From NCBI GenBank assembly GCA_050952125.1, contig JBMNKK010000001.1, forward strand, positions 117,972 through 181,971: 64,000 nucleotides of DNA, read 5' to 3'. Every line of letters starts with the position of its first letter. Positions within the stretch are counted from its first letter, which is position 1. The notes under the pieces were generated by a model that saw nothing but the letters and a program-made list of their open reading frames with translations, searched no databases and was not told the DNA's origin. Source of the stretch: Bacillota bacterium. GTDB taxonomy: Bacteria; Bacillota; Sulfobacillia; Fermentithermobacillales; Fermentithermobacillaceae. A program made the translations under genes and the position numbers. Shown here piece after piece: positions 35,105 to 45,259 of the stretch.

Positions 35105-36694
35105 ATGAACTTGCGCCTCGCGCTCCGCCGTATGCTCAACCAACCTCGCCAGACACATAGAGGACACCGGAATAGGCCGGCCGGAGAAGCTCTCTCGGCG
35201 GATCTCGAGAGAAATTTGGCTGCCATCAAGGCAACTCTCCGAAACCCATCGGATCTGACGATCAGGAGCCTGTCAGTATCCGGAAAACCTCCTGCCAACA
35301 TATCCGTCGTGTTCCTCAGCAGCATGGCTGACAGCGCGATGGTGAGATCCGCCATAGTAGAACCCTTTACGTCCCTATCTCATGCCGCGCGTGACAGCGT
35401 CACCAATAGCGCCGATCTGGTGGAGAAAATCCGCATTAACCTCCCCGTTGCCCGGCCAACGTCGAGTGTCAACTCGATGAACGCGCTTATCGCCGGCCTT
35501 CTCGAGGGCAAGGCTGCGGTACTCATTGACGGGGTTCGCGAGGCTCTATGCATCGATGCGGCAGTACAAAAGGCAAGGGCCCTCGAACAGCCTGCGGCCG
35601 AGTCAACCGTCCTTGGCCCTCAAATGGGTTTGACCGAATCACTAGACGATAGCCTGGCCTTGATCCGCAGTCGCCTAAGACACCCTAACCTCAGGGTCGA
35701 ACGGACCGTGATCGGCAAGAAATCCAGAACCGAAGTCAGGATGTTGTATCTCGAAGAGGTAGCGCCGAGAGAAATCGTCTCGGAACTAAGAAGGCGCCTT
35801 AAGGCGATAGATACGGATGTCATCCTTGATGTAGGCATGATCCGCGAACTTATAGGCGACAGACCCTATTCCCCGTTCATCATCGAGAGGCTTACGGAAC
35901 GGCCCGACACCGTCGTCGGAGAGCTCAACCTGGGCCGGATAGCGATCCTCATGGAGGGGTCGCCCTTCGCGTTACTCCAACCTTCACAGTTTTTCACGCT
36001 ATTCGAGTCCGCTGAGGATTACTACATGAATCCTTGGCTCACAAGTGCGCTTAGAATAACGAGAATGCTCGCGTACATCATATCAACCATCGCTACGCCC
36101 TTCTACGTTGCAGTGGTCAACTATCATCGTGAGCTCGTACCGTTGCGGCTTCTGCTCAACATCGCAGCGACTCAAGAGGGAGTTCCGTTCCCTTTGCCCG
36201 CTACGGCTCTGGTCACTGAAATCGTTCTGGACATCGTGCGTGAAGCCGGCATTAGACTCCCCCAACACTTTGGACCGGCCGTTAGTATAGTGGGAGCGCT
36301 AGTGCTTGGACAATCTGCGGTTCAAGCGGGATTCGTCCCGCCCGGCCTCATCATTGTGGTCATGTTCGCCACCATCGCTTCGTTCGCAGTGCCGAGAGCG
36401 GAAAAAGCCCTCGCTTACAGGCTGTTGAGGTTTCCGCTGCTGCTCCTTGCATCAACACTCGGCTTCCCCGGGCTAGCTATAGGCACAGTCGCGATAATCT
36501 ACCACTTAGCCTCGCTCAAGACTCTCGGAATACCCTATTTCACGCTCTACTCACCCGGACATGTTTCGAGACTGGCTAAGAAAGTGATAAGAGTACCGGC
36601 TGCGCTCCAGCCAACAACGAGGCCGCTGGCGCAGCGCGATAGAGTGGCGCGCGGACCCGTCCCGAAACTGCGCGATCCGGTGGACAATGATTAG
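35105..36694 (+). CDS. Spore germination receptor subunit A (GerA family)
   Basis: 529 aa GerAA/GerKA-like, with a conserved C-terminal membrane domain (MNPWLTSALRITRMLAYIISTIATPFYVAVVNYHRE). Confidence 0.85.
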   Translation: MNLRLALRRMLNQPRQTHRGHRNRPAGEALSADLERNLAAIKATLRNPSDLTIRSLSVSGKPPANISVVFLSSMADSAMVRSAIVEPFTSLSHAARDSVTNSADLVEKIRINLPVARPTSSVNSMNALIAGLLEGKAAVLIDGVREALCIDAAVQKARALEQPAAESTVLGPQMGLTESLDDSLALIRSRLRHPNLRVERTVIGKKSRTEVRMLYLEEVAPREIVSELRRRLKAIDTDVILDVGMIRELIGDRPYSPFIIERLTERPDTVVGELNLGRIAILMEGSPFALLQPSQFFTLFESAEDYYMNPWLTSALRITRMLAYIISTIATPFYVAVVNYHRELVPLRLLLNIAATQEGVPFPLPATALVTEIVLDIVREAGIRLPQHFGPAVSIVGALVLGQSAVQAGFVPPGLIIVVMFATIASFAVPRAEKALAYRLLRFPLLLLASTLGFPGLAIGTVAIIYHLASLKTLGIPYFTLYSPGHVSRLAKKVIRVPAALQPTTRPLAQRDRVARGPVPKLRDPVDND

Positions 36695-37775
36695 CGCCAG
36701 GCAACTCACCTTAATAGTAGCCCTCACGAGGGTCGCCGCCCTCTTGGTGCTGTTGCCGGTCGTCCAGATCGGGGAAGCTCGCCAAGACGCCTGGATCTCA
36801 GTCATCGTATCGACTCTCGCAGCATGCCTCCTCGCAGGCATGAGCGCGAGCCTGGCAGCAAAGTATCCCGGTAAGAGCCTCGGTCACTATGCCAACCAAC
36901 TTCTCGGCCGCTTATTCGGCACTATCGCTACCGGCCTGGTAGCTCTTTCATTCTACGTCCTGTGCCTGATCAGAATTCGCCTGGTTTCTCTAGTCATCAT
37001 AACCGAGTTCATGCCCAAGACGCCCGGCTGGGGGCTTGCCATCCCCATGCTGCTTACCGCATTTTACGGTGCCATGCTGGGACCCGATTCCATCGGCCGC
37101 TCCTCGGAACTGCTCTTCACGTTGGTGATGACCTTCATCCTTACAGGATTCCTGCTCGTGTATACTGCCAGGGCCGGCCCGGTGATCGGACTCAAACCCA
37201 TCTTAAGCCGTGGCCTTAGGCCCGTGCTGGCAGCTTCCATATCACCAACCTTCCTTGGAGCAGCCAGCGGGTCGAAGGTTCTGGCATTGGGGCGTTTCAC
37301 CACGAAGACGAGAGGGCTGGTGAAGGCTGTACTTGCGGGCCTGGTCATAAGCGGCTTGGTGCGCTTGGTGATGACCATCCTGGTGTTAACAACGCTTGGC
37401 CCCGAGCAGGCTCAAAGGAGCGTCACTCCGGTCTTGGCCCTAGCGAGCGCGGTCTACATTGAGGGGCTCTTGGAGAGGCTCGATTTGTTTCTGCTGGCAG
37501 CCTGGGTTCTCGGCGTAAGTTTCGATGTGACCGCCCTACTCATGTCATCCTCGATACTGATTGGAGATTCGCTGGGCGTTTCCTTCAGGACGGTCGCCGC
37601 TGTGCTCTTCGTAGCCGGCATAATCCCCGTGTCCCACAGATTCACAGATGTTTTCATCGTGAACGAGCTTCACTCCATCCCGGTTACGGCGGTCTGGACT
37701 CTCGCGGTATATGTGGGGGCCGTTGGATCGCTCTATCTTGCAGCGCTAATCAAGCGGCTGGGAAAGCGGACATGA
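36687..37775 (+). CDS. Spore germination receptor subunit B (APC-superfamily permease, GerAB-like)
   Basis: 362 aa, about 10 TM. Overlaps the A subunit by 8 nt. Confidence 0.8.
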   Translation: MISARQLTLIVALTRVAALLVLLPVVQIGEARQDAWISVIVSTLAACLLAGMSASLAAKYPGKSLGHYANQLLGRLFGTIATGLVALSFYVLCLIRIRLVSLVIITEFMPKTPGWGLAIPMLLTAFYGAMLGPDSIGRSSELLFTLVMTFILTGFLLVYTARAGPVIGLKPILSRGLRPVLAASISPTFLGAASGSKVLALGRFTTKTRGLVKAVLAGLVISGLVRLVMTILVLTTLGPEQAQRSVTPVLALASAVYIEGLLERLDLFLLAAWVLGVSFDVTALLMSSSILIGDSLGVSFRTVAAVLFVAGIIPVSHRFTDVFIVNELHSIPVTAVWTLAVYVGAVGSLYLAALIKRLGKRT

Positions 37776-39085
37776 GATACAGGGCCCCTCTCTTGGCACT
37801 CACGCTCGTCTTTGCGGTCGCTCTGGCGGGCTGCTGGGATAACATGGAAATCGATGAGGTCGCGTTGGTCGGCTCAATAGGATTGGACCTGGGTGAAGAA
37901 GGTAACGCGATTGTATCGCTCGAGATAATCAACCCCGCCGCATTGGCAACGGGCTCCGGTAACTCTGCCGGTAATCCTCCGCCGGTGGTAGCGATAGTGT
38001 CGCGCGACGAGGCGCCTACCATATCGGCCGCCATCGCTAACGCTCAACGCAGGGTGCCCAGAACCATAGCGACAGGGCTGATCAACACTGTGATCTGCGG
38101 TCAACCACTTGCACGCCAAGGAATAGGCCAGTACATCGATTATCTGATTCGCGACGCAGGGATCCGGCGTTCGGCTGTGCTGGCGACGTGCGATACGGGG
38201 GCCGGGCTCCTGCAGCGTCCTTACATGGATCCCATCGCATCTCGTACTCTATCGGGGCTTGCGCAGAGCGCTGTCGAAGGCGGAAAGACCATGACGGTCA
38301 CGCTGAACGAGTTCGCGGTAAAGCTTGCCGAACCGGGCATTGAGCCCATCACACTGCATACGGTCGGAAGGCGTACAAAAGATGTGCAGGTGAAGACCCA
38401 AGGCGAACAGGTGCGCCAAACTGAACCGGCCTTCATGCTGGAGCAGCCGATAAACGCGAACACCGAGATTGACGGCGAATTACCATCGGATTCCCCTGTC
38501 TTTGACCCCCTCAAGGAAGGCGGCAGCGGGGAGTTCATGCCCGGTACTACCATCGATATTGGCATCGCAGCGTACAAAGGGGATAAGCTGGTGGGCCTCC
38601 TGGATGGAGTTGAGGCCAGAGGCTACCTGTGGACCACCGGCAAGCTGGAGGCAGGCGTAGTAGAGATTCCGGACCCCAGAGGCTCAGGTAACACGGTAAG
38701 CTTCGACGTCGTGCGATCCTCGGCATCTGTGAAACCGTCATTCGGCGAACAGATAAGGATAAGGGCAGAGTTGCACATTGACCTGGAGGCATCTCAGGTA
38801 CCGCTAGGCATGGACCTTAGAGACAAGAAGTTGATCGAGGAGTTCGAATCTCATCTGGACGCCTTGGTCTTGCGTGAAGTTCAGTCTACCCTCACCCGAG
38901 TGCAGAAGGAACTGAGGACAGATATTTACGGGTTTGGCAACAAGGTATACCGGGCAAAACCCAAACTCTGGGCCGAGCTCGAGCCGCGGTGGAACGAAGA
39001 AATCTTTCCAAACCTGGAGGTCGAATTCAAGATACACACCCGGGTGAGAGGTCCCGGCGCAGTCTACGGGCTAGACAACCGCTAA
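37772..39085 (+). CDS. Spore germination receptor subunit C lipoprotein (GerAC-like)
   Basis: Lipobox LAGCWDNMEIDE, typical of the Ger(x)C N-terminus. 4-nt overlap with the B subunit. Confidence 0.8.
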   Translation: MRYRAPLLALTLVFAVALAGCWDNMEIDEVALVGSIGLDLGEEGNAIVSLEIINPAALATGSGNSAGNPPPVVAIVSRDEAPTISAAIANAQRRVPRTIATGLINTVICGQPLARQGIGQYIDYLIRDAGIRRSAVLATCDTGAGLLQRPYMDPIASRTLSGLAQSAVEGGKTMTVTLNEFAVKLAEPGIEPITLHTVGRRTKDVQVKTQGEQVRQTEPAFMLEQPINANTEIDGELPSDSPVFDPLKEGGSGEFMPGTTIDIGIAAYKGDKLVGLLDGVEARGYLWTTGKLEAGVVEIPDPRGSGNTVSFDVVRSSASVKPSFGEQIRIRAELHIDLEASQVPLGMDLRDKKLIEEFESHLDALVLREVQSTLTRVQKELRTDIYGFGNKVYRAKPKLWAELEPRWNEEIFPNLEVEFKIHTRVRGPGAVYGLDNR

Positions 39086-39091
39086 CCTTTG

Positions 39092-39808
39092 TTAACTGGG
39101 CGTGCCCCTGACCCCTAGGTACGCTGACCTCACCTCAGGATTTGCCAAAACCTCCTTACCCGGGCCGTGCAGCACTACTCGCCCGGCGTTCATGACATAT
39201 GCTCTGTCGGCAATTTCCAGCGCCTTGAAAGCATTCTGCTCGGCCAGCAGCACCGTCGTTCCCTGATCGCGGATCCTCAAAATGGCCCGGAAGACATCTG
39301 TGGTCAGCGTTGGCGCGAGCCCCAGAGAAGGCTCGTCAAACAGGAGAAGGTCGGGCTTTGCCATTAGCGCCCTGCCTATAGCGAGCATCTGCTGCTCGCC
39401 GCCACTGAGTGTCCCTGCATATTGGCCTATCCGCTCCTTCAGGATAGGGAACAAAGCGAACACCGAATCCATGTCGCTCCTGACCGGCGAATCCCACCTT
39501 CGGAGGTAAGCCCCTATCAGAAGGTTCTCTCTCACAGTGAGGTTATCGAAGAGCCTCCGCCGCTCAGGGACCAGCGAAATGCCCTGCGATGCGGCCCAGT
39601 CGGGAGACGGCTTCATAGCGACCCCTTTGTATCGCAAGGAGCCCTCTCTGATCCTGTTGCCGCCCATGATGGTCCACAGGAGCGTCGACTTGCCCGCACC
39701 GTTCGGGCCGATGATGGAAACCACCTCGCCTCGATTCACCGAGAGCGAGATCTTGTTGAGGGCCTGCACCCGCCCGTAGAACACTGAGATCTTATCGACG
39801 GTAAGCAC
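39092..39808 (-). CDS. livF: Branched-chain amino acid ABC transporter ATP-binding protein
   Basis: Walker A GPNGAGKST, signature LSGGEQQM. LivF-like size. Confidence 0.85.
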   Translation of the reverse strand: MLTVDKISVFYGRVQALNKISLSVNRGEVVSIIGPNGAGKSTLLWTIMGGNRIREGSLRYKGVAMKPSPDWAASQGISLVPERRRLFDNLTVRENLLIGAYLRRWDSPVRSDMDSVFALFPILKERIGQYAGTLSGGEQQMLAIGRALMAKPDLLLFDEPSLGLAPTLTTDVFRAILRIRDQGTTVLLAEQNAFKALEIADRAYVMNAGRVVLHGPGKEVLANPEVRSAYLGVRGTPS

Positions 39809-40583
39809 CGGCGTACTCCTCCCCCAGATAAGCCTCTATCACCCTCAGGTCGGACTGCACTTCGTCAGGCGACCCTTCCATGAGTTTCTCTCCGAAGTTC
39901 ATGACGACGATCCGTTGGCAAAGGCTCATCACAACGTCCATGTGATGCTCGATGAGAAATATGGTCAGGGAGTGCTTCGCCTGCAAATCGACAATGAGGT
40001 CCACTAGCTCCATCGACTCCTCGGGATTCATACCTGCCGCGGGTTCGTCGAGCAGCAAGAGGTCGGGCTCCAAAGCGAGAGCTCGCGCCAATTCGAGCTT
40101 TCGCTGCAGTCCGTAGGGCAAAGCCGATGCTCTGTCCGCAGCGCGATCGGCCAAACCGACCTCGGCCAGATACGACAAGGCAGCCTCCTCAATGAGGCGC
40201 TCTTCCTTCCGGACCTGCCCGGTTCTCAGGAGCGCCTGGGTGAACCCGTACTTCGCGTGCCGGTACAGGACGGTACGGACATTGTCCAGGACACTAAGGT
40301 TAGAGAAGAGGCGGATGTTCTGAAAGGTCCGGGCGATTCCCGCAGCCACAATCTCCGGAGGCGACGCGCTTGTGAGCACGATATCCCTGAAGCACACGGT
40401 CCCGGAAGTCGGTTTATAAAACCCCGTCATGAGATTGAAGACGGTGGTCTTCCCCGCTCCGTTAGGACCGATTAGGCCCAGTATCTCTCTCTCGTGTATG
40501 TGGAAGGAGAGATTGTTGACGGCTACAACGCCTCCGAACGACTTGGATAAGCCGGAGCAATGAGCGAGCACCTTATCTGCCAC
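39792..40583 (-). CDS. livG: Branched-chain amino acid ABC transporter ATP-binding protein
   Basis: GPNGAGKTT, with the LivG-type C-terminal extension. Confidence 0.85.
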   Translation of the reverse strand: MADKVLAHCSGLSKSFGGVVAVNNLSFHIHEREILGLIGPNGAGKTTVFNLMTGFYKPTSGTVCFRDIVLTSASPPEIVAAGIARTFQNIRLFSNLSVLDNVRTVLYRHAKYGFTQALLRTGQVRKEERLIEEAALSYLAEVGLADRAADRASALPYGLQRKLELARALALEPDLLLLDEPAAGMNPEESMELVDLIVDLQAKHSLTIFLIEHHMDVVMSLCQRIVVMNFGEKLMEGSPDEVQSDLRVIEAYLGEEYAGAYRR

Positions 40584-41460
40584 GTCCCGCCCCTCCCTTC
40601 AAACGGGATATGAGCGCGGTAAGCGCCGCCCGGTTGAGGTCGCGGTATCCCATGAGTCCCTGCGGCCGAAAGACCATGATAACCACGAGCATCAACCCGT
40701 AGATAACGAGCCTCCACATTTGAGCCGCTCTCAGTAGCTCAGGCGCGACAGTAAATATGAATGCCGCCAAGGCGGGGCCGGTGAGGCTGCCGGTTCCACC
40801 GCAGACTACGGCTGCAGTTATCTGAGTGGACTGAACCATTGTGAACATGACGGGCTGAATGAAGGCCAGGTAATGGGCGTAGAGTCCCCCGGCAAGGCCC
40901 GCACAGCCGGCTGAAAACACAAGAGAGATCATCCGCGTGCGGAGAAGGTGTATCCCGCTCATTTCGGCTGCTATAGCATCTTCTCTGACGGCCACTGCGT
41001 TTCTGCCAAAGACCGATGAGAGCATGTTCCTTGCCAGAACAAGGACTACAATTGCCAAAACGGCTGCAACGGGCAGCGTTGTGTACTGAGGTATGCCCGG
41101 AAGCCCGCGTGCTCCCTGGGTGATCTTGAGGTTTTCGAGAATGACGCGGGTCGCCTCCCCCATCCCAATCGTCGCGATTGCGAAGTAATCGCCCCTTAGC
41201 CGGGTCCTCAGCGTCGGATAGCCAACCAAAGCCCCGACCAGTGAAGAAGCGGCTACGGCAGCGACAAGGGCCAAGGGATAAGGTACACGGGCAAAGTAGG
41301 TCAGAATGGCAGCCGTATACGCGCCCACCGCCATGAAAGCCGCGTGCCCCAACGAGAACAACCCGGTGAACCCTGTGAAGACTGCCAGGCCGGTAGCCGA
41401 TATGATATTGATCATGGCCACAGTCAGCACACCCTGAATGTACATTGGCCCCTCCTCCAA
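40573..41460 (-). CDS. livM: Branched-chain amino acid ABC transporter permease
   Basis: 295 aa polytopic, LivM-like. Confidence 0.8.
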   Translation of the reverse strand: MEEGPMYIQGVLTVAMINIISATGLAVFTGFTGLFSLGHAAFMAVGAYTAAILTYFARVPYPLALVAAVAASSLVGALVGYPTLRTRLRGDYFAIATIGMGEATRVILENLKITQGARGLPGIPQYTTLPVAAVLAIVVLVLARNMLSSVFGRNAVAVREDAIAAEMSGIHLLRTRMISLVFSAGCAGLAGGLYAHYLAFIQPVMFTMVQSTQITAAVVCGGTGSLTGPALAAFIFTVAPELLRAAQMWRLVIYGLMLVVIMVFRPQGLMGYRDLNRAALTALISRLKGGAGRGR

Positions 41461-41473
41461 AGAAAACAGCGGC

Positions 41474-42346
41474 TTAGATCTTTTCCTCCACGTACTTGCC
41501 CATCAACCCGTTGGGCAGCGCCAGGAGCACGATGACGAGCAAGCCAAAACTGAAAACATCTCGTATGATCGACGAGACATATACCGACACGAAGGTCTCA
41601 AGGAGACCGAGCGCTATGCCGCCTATTACCGCTCCGGGCAGGCTGCCGAGCCCTCCTATTACGGCCGCCACGTATGCTTTATTGGTGATCCACCCCATCG
41701 TCGGATAGGCCATGTACTTCATGCCGAGGAATACCCCCGAAAGCCCAGCCAGTGCCCCTGCGATGAAAAACACCATGCCTACAACTCGGTCAGGGCTGAT
41801 GCCGAAAACGGAAGCGACAGTCATGTCGAACGAACAGGCGCGGATCGCTATTCCGCTCTTTGTTCGCTGAAGGAACAGGTGCAGCGCCGAGATCGCGATG
41901 CTTGAGAACACGAGAGCAAACAGGTCAAGCACTCCGATCGACGCTCCGCCGATACGCACGATGCTTCTCCCCCAGATGTCCGGATACGAGTAGAAATGCG
42001 CTCCCAGCGTGGCGTACACAAGGTTCTCCAGCAGGATGGATACGCCCATGGCGCTTATCATGAAGTAGAGCGGCCTGGCGCCTCTCATCCTGAGGGGCCG
42101 GTAAGCTAGTCTCTCGTTCACAACTCCCAGAACTGCTCCAACCAGCATGGAACCTTCTATGCACACAACAAGGGGTGCCCCGAGCCCCTTAAGGATGAAG
42201 TAGCCGGCATAGGCGCCCAGCATAATCACTGAACCGTGAGCGAAGTTGGAGAAGTTGAGTATAGAGAACACGAGAGAGTATCCTACTGCCATGAGAGCGT
42301 ATATCCCGCCGATGGCGAGCCCGGTGATGGCGGTCTGCAGAAACAT
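41474..42346 (-). CDS. livH: Branched-chain amino acid ABC transporter permease
   Basis: LivH-like. Start refined to the ATG at 42346 with GGAGGAAG RBS. Confidence 0.8.
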   Translation of the reverse strand: MFLQTAITGLAIGGIYALMAVGYSLVFSILNFSNFAHGSVIMLGAYAGYFILKGLGAPLVVCIEGSMLVGAVLGVVNERLAYRPLRMRGARPLYFMISAMGVSILLENLVYATLGAHFYSYPDIWGRSIVRIGGASIGVLDLFALVFSSIAISALHLFLQRTKSGIAIRACSFDMTVASVFGISPDRVVGMVFFIAGALAGLSGVFLGMKYMAYPTMGWITNKAYVAAVIGGLGSLPGAVIGGIALGLLETFVSVYVSSIIRDVFSFGLLVIVLLALPNGLMGKYVEEKI

Positions 42347-42451
42347 GGCGCTTCCTCCGTACCGATCGAATGGTGAAGCCGGACGAATCCAACAGCCCAT
42401 CGGGGTTCAGGCCGCAAGCGGACTTCTTGCGGCCCGAACCCCTGCAAAACC

Positions 42452-43642
42452 CTAGCTGGTGACGTACTTCTCGACGTAGATGAACAAGCCGTCCTTGATC
42501 TGCTGGATAATGGCGGGCTTGTTGAGCGGGTTATGGGTTGCGGGATCAAAGGTCATCTTCCCGCTTAGAGCTTGGAGATCACGGATCTCCTCTATGGCCT
42601 TGGCGATCTCGGAGCCGTCGGTGGAACCCGCAGTCTTGATGGCCTCGACAAGCACGATCAGAGCGTCAATCGCCATTACCGGGTTAGGTAGTACGGGATC
42701 GCTGCCGTACTTCGCCTTGTATTCCTTGATGAAATCCTGGATATCGGGGTCTTCCATCGAAGCCAGATTGACGAAGTATCCGCCGTCAACCGCGTCGCCT
42801 CCGAGTTCCACAATATCGGGGCTGCCCCAGTTGTCGCCGCCGAGGAACTCGCCTTCAAACCCGAGGTCTCTCGCCTGTTTCATCGCGAGAGCGGCTTCCT
42901 TCTGAGCCGTGGGGATGAATATCACATCGGGATTCTCCTTTGTGAACTTGCCCAACATGGCCCTGTAGTCAAGTTCGCCCGTACGGAACGCTTCTTTTCC
43001 CACTATGGTCCCGCCGATCTTCTCGAACGCTTCGATAAAGTACTGGGCGAGCCACGAGGAGTAGTCGGACCCGACATCATACAGGACCGCCGCGGTCCTG
43101 GCGCCGAGCTTGGTGGACGCGAATTGTGCGGCCACGGTACCTTGGAAGGGATCGATAAAGCAGACCCTGAAAGTGTGAGGCCTTACCGCGCCGTCCTTGA
43201 CGGTCACCTCGGGATTCGTGGCTGTAGTGCCGATGAGCGGTATCTTTGCCGGTTCCGTAACCGCCGTCATGGCAATGGTTACGCCACTCTGAGCGGCGCC
43301 GATTATGGCTACCACCTTGTCCTGCTCAATCATTCTCTTCGCAACGTTGACCGCCTCAACCGAATCGGCTCTGGTATCGTAAGTCACCAGTTCAACCGTC
43401 TTGCCATCGATTCCGCCCGACGCATTGACCTTCTCGACCCACATCTTCAGCGCGTTGCTCTCGGATTGGCCCCATATGGAAGCATCGCCCGTAAGAGCTA
43501 CCGCGTGTCCGATCTTGATAACTTGAGGCGCCTTTGGTTCCGGAACCTCCGCCTTGGTGCCGCCACTTTCCCCACCTTTGCAGCCGCACATTGCCACCGC
43601 CAGAAAAGACAGAATCATGATAGCCGCTAACAGGCGCTTCAA
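42452..43642 (-). CDS. Branched-chain amino acid ABC transporter substrate-binding lipoprotein
   Basis: Lipobox AMCGC and a periplasmic-binding-protein type I fold (Leu/Ile/Val-binding family). TTG start with GGGAGGGG RBS. Confidence 0.8.
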   Translation of the reverse strand: MKRLLAAIMILSFLAVAMCGCKGGESGGTKAEVPEPKAPQVIKIGHAVALTGDASIWGQSESNALKMWVEKVNASGGIDGKTVELVTYDTRADSVEAVNVAKRMIEQDKVVAIIGAAQSGVTIAMTAVTEPAKIPLIGTTATNPEVTVKDGAVRPHTFRVCFIDPFQGTVAAQFASTKLGARTAAVLYDVGSDYSSWLAQYFIEAFEKIGGTIVGKEAFRTGELDYRAMLGKFTKENPDVIFIPTAQKEAALAMKQARDLGFEGEFLGGDNWGSPDIVELGGDAVDGGYFVNLASMEDPDIQDFIKEYKAKYGSDPVLPNPVMAIDALIVLVEAIKTAGSTDGSEIAKAIEEIRDLQALSGKMTFDPATHNPLNKPAIIQQIKDGLFIYVEKYVTS

Positions 43643-43804
43643 TTGAACCCCTCCCGTGTGTGAAGCCTTGTCCTAACCTTTCACTATGCGGAAAGCGGGC
43701 AAGTTATCACACGGCAACAGTGGTACAATCGTCCGTAACTTGACTAGAGGACGGGCCAAAACGCATTGAAGGCCAGTCCAAGGGAGAAGAGGAGACACGA
43801 GATT

Positions 43805-44914
43805 ATGAACCAGATCCTGCCAAAACAGAAACTCTTGTTGGGACCCGGACCGAGCAATACAGACCCCCGCGTGCTTCGCGCGCTGTCGCAACCTACATTG
43901 GGCCATCTTGACCCTGACTTCGTCGCAATAATGGACCAGACTACCGAACTGCTGCGGTACGTCTTCAACACCAAGAACAAGCTGACCATACCCGTCTCGG
44001 GAACAGGTTCGGCCGGAATGGAAGCAGCCCTGGCCAACACCATAGAGCCGGGAGACAAGGTTATCGTCTGCGCGGCAGGCGTCTTCGGAGAGCGCATGGT
44101 CGACGTGGCCGGAAGGGCCGGCGCGGTTGTGTGCAAAGTGGAAGCGCCCTGGGGCAGACCGATTGAGCCCGACGATGTGCAAAAGGCGCTGAAGGAAAAC
44201 CCCGATGCCAAGCTGCTCAGCATTGTCCACGCCGAAACCTCAACCGGAGTCCTGCAGCCGCTTGACGATATCGTCAAGATGGCGCATGAGAAGGGACTCA
44301 GGGTGGTTGTGGACGCCGTCACTTCGCTCGGAGGAGTTGAGGTGCCCGTCGATAGACTGAATCTTGACTTTGTATACTCCGGCACTCAGAAGTGCCTGAA
44401 CTGCCCTCCGGGCCTGTCCCCTGTAACGGTCAACGAATCGACGGCGAATTTCATCAGAGACCGGGAGTCCAAGTGCGTCAGCTGGTATTTGGACCTCGGA
44501 ATGATCCAGAGGTATTGGGGCTCGGAGCGCTTCTATCATCACACCGCTCCAATCAACATGATCTACGCTTTGCATGAAGCCCTTAGGGCGATCGAAGAAG
44601 AAGGGCTGGAAGCGAGGTTCGCGCGCCACAGCAAAACCCAGCAATACCTTCTCGAATGTCTGGCAGAGATAGGGGTTGAGCCGGTGGTAGATGAGCGCTA
44701 CCGCCTGCCAAGCCTCACCACGGTTTGGGCACCTGAAGGCGTCGACGAGGCAGCGGCTCGCAAACGGCTATTGGACGAGTTCAACATCGAGATCGGCGCC
44801 GGACTGGGAGCATTCAAGGGCAAGGTATGGCGCATAGGACTCATGGGAGTGAACTCAACAAAGGCCAACGTTGTCTTCTTGATGGGAGCTTTGAAGAACA
44901 TCTTGGGAAGGTAA
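43805..44914 (+). CDS. Class-V aminotransferase (alanine-glyoxylate / serine-pyruvate aminotransferase family)
   Basis: PLP-lysine motif SGTQKCL and an N-terminal LLLGPGPSN. ATG at 43805 follows GGAGAAGAGGAG. Confidence 0.8.
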   Translation: MNQILPKQKLLLGPGPSNTDPRVLRALSQPTLGHLDPDFVAIMDQTTELLRYVFNTKNKLTIPVSGTGSAGMEAALANTIEPGDKVIVCAAGVFGERMVDVAGRAGAVVCKVEAPWGRPIEPDDVQKALKENPDAKLLSIVHAETSTGVLQPLDDIVKMAHEKGLRVVVDAVTSLGGVEVPVDRLNLDFVYSGTQKCLNCPPGLSPVTVNESTANFIRDRESKCVSWYLDLGMIQRYWGSERFYHHTAPINMIYALHEALRAIEEEGLEARFARHSKTQQYLLECLAEIGVEPVVDERYRLPSLTTVWAPEGVDEAAARKRLLDEFNIEIGAGLGAFKGKVWRIGLMGVNSTKANVVFLMGALKNILGR

Positions 44915-45010
44915 GCGCACAGCCGCCTGCATCTACGGAACTGAAGAGACGTCTTGATAAGGTAAAGCCCCCGGTCGACAGCCGGGGGCTTGCTGTATAG
45001 CAAAATAGTC

Positions 45011-45087
45011 TGGTCGGGCTGACTGGACTTGAACCAGCGACCTCCTGAACCCCATTCAGGCACGCTACCAAACTGCGCCACAGCCCG
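45011..45087 (-). tRNA. tRNA-Pro (anticodon GGG), CCA encoded
   Basis: Manual fold: acceptor CGGGCUG/CAGCCCG, D-arm GCGC-AGUUUGGUA-GCGU, anticodon stem CCUGA/UCAGG with loop AUGGGGU (U33, GGG, G37), T-arm GCUGG-UUCAAGU-CCAGU, discriminator A, CCA. Confidence 0.85.
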
Positions 45088-45259
45088 ACCGCAAAAGATA
45101 TTGTAGCACATGTGAAGGCGGCTCACAACCTGCGTGATGAACGTTGTTACGCTACTGCTTGTGATCCGGGGACAAAGACCGACAGGCCGGCTCCGAGCGA
45201 TTCGGATGCCGGCCTGTCCGTGAGAACCCGCTGGGTTACCCGGTGATATCTGACAACCT

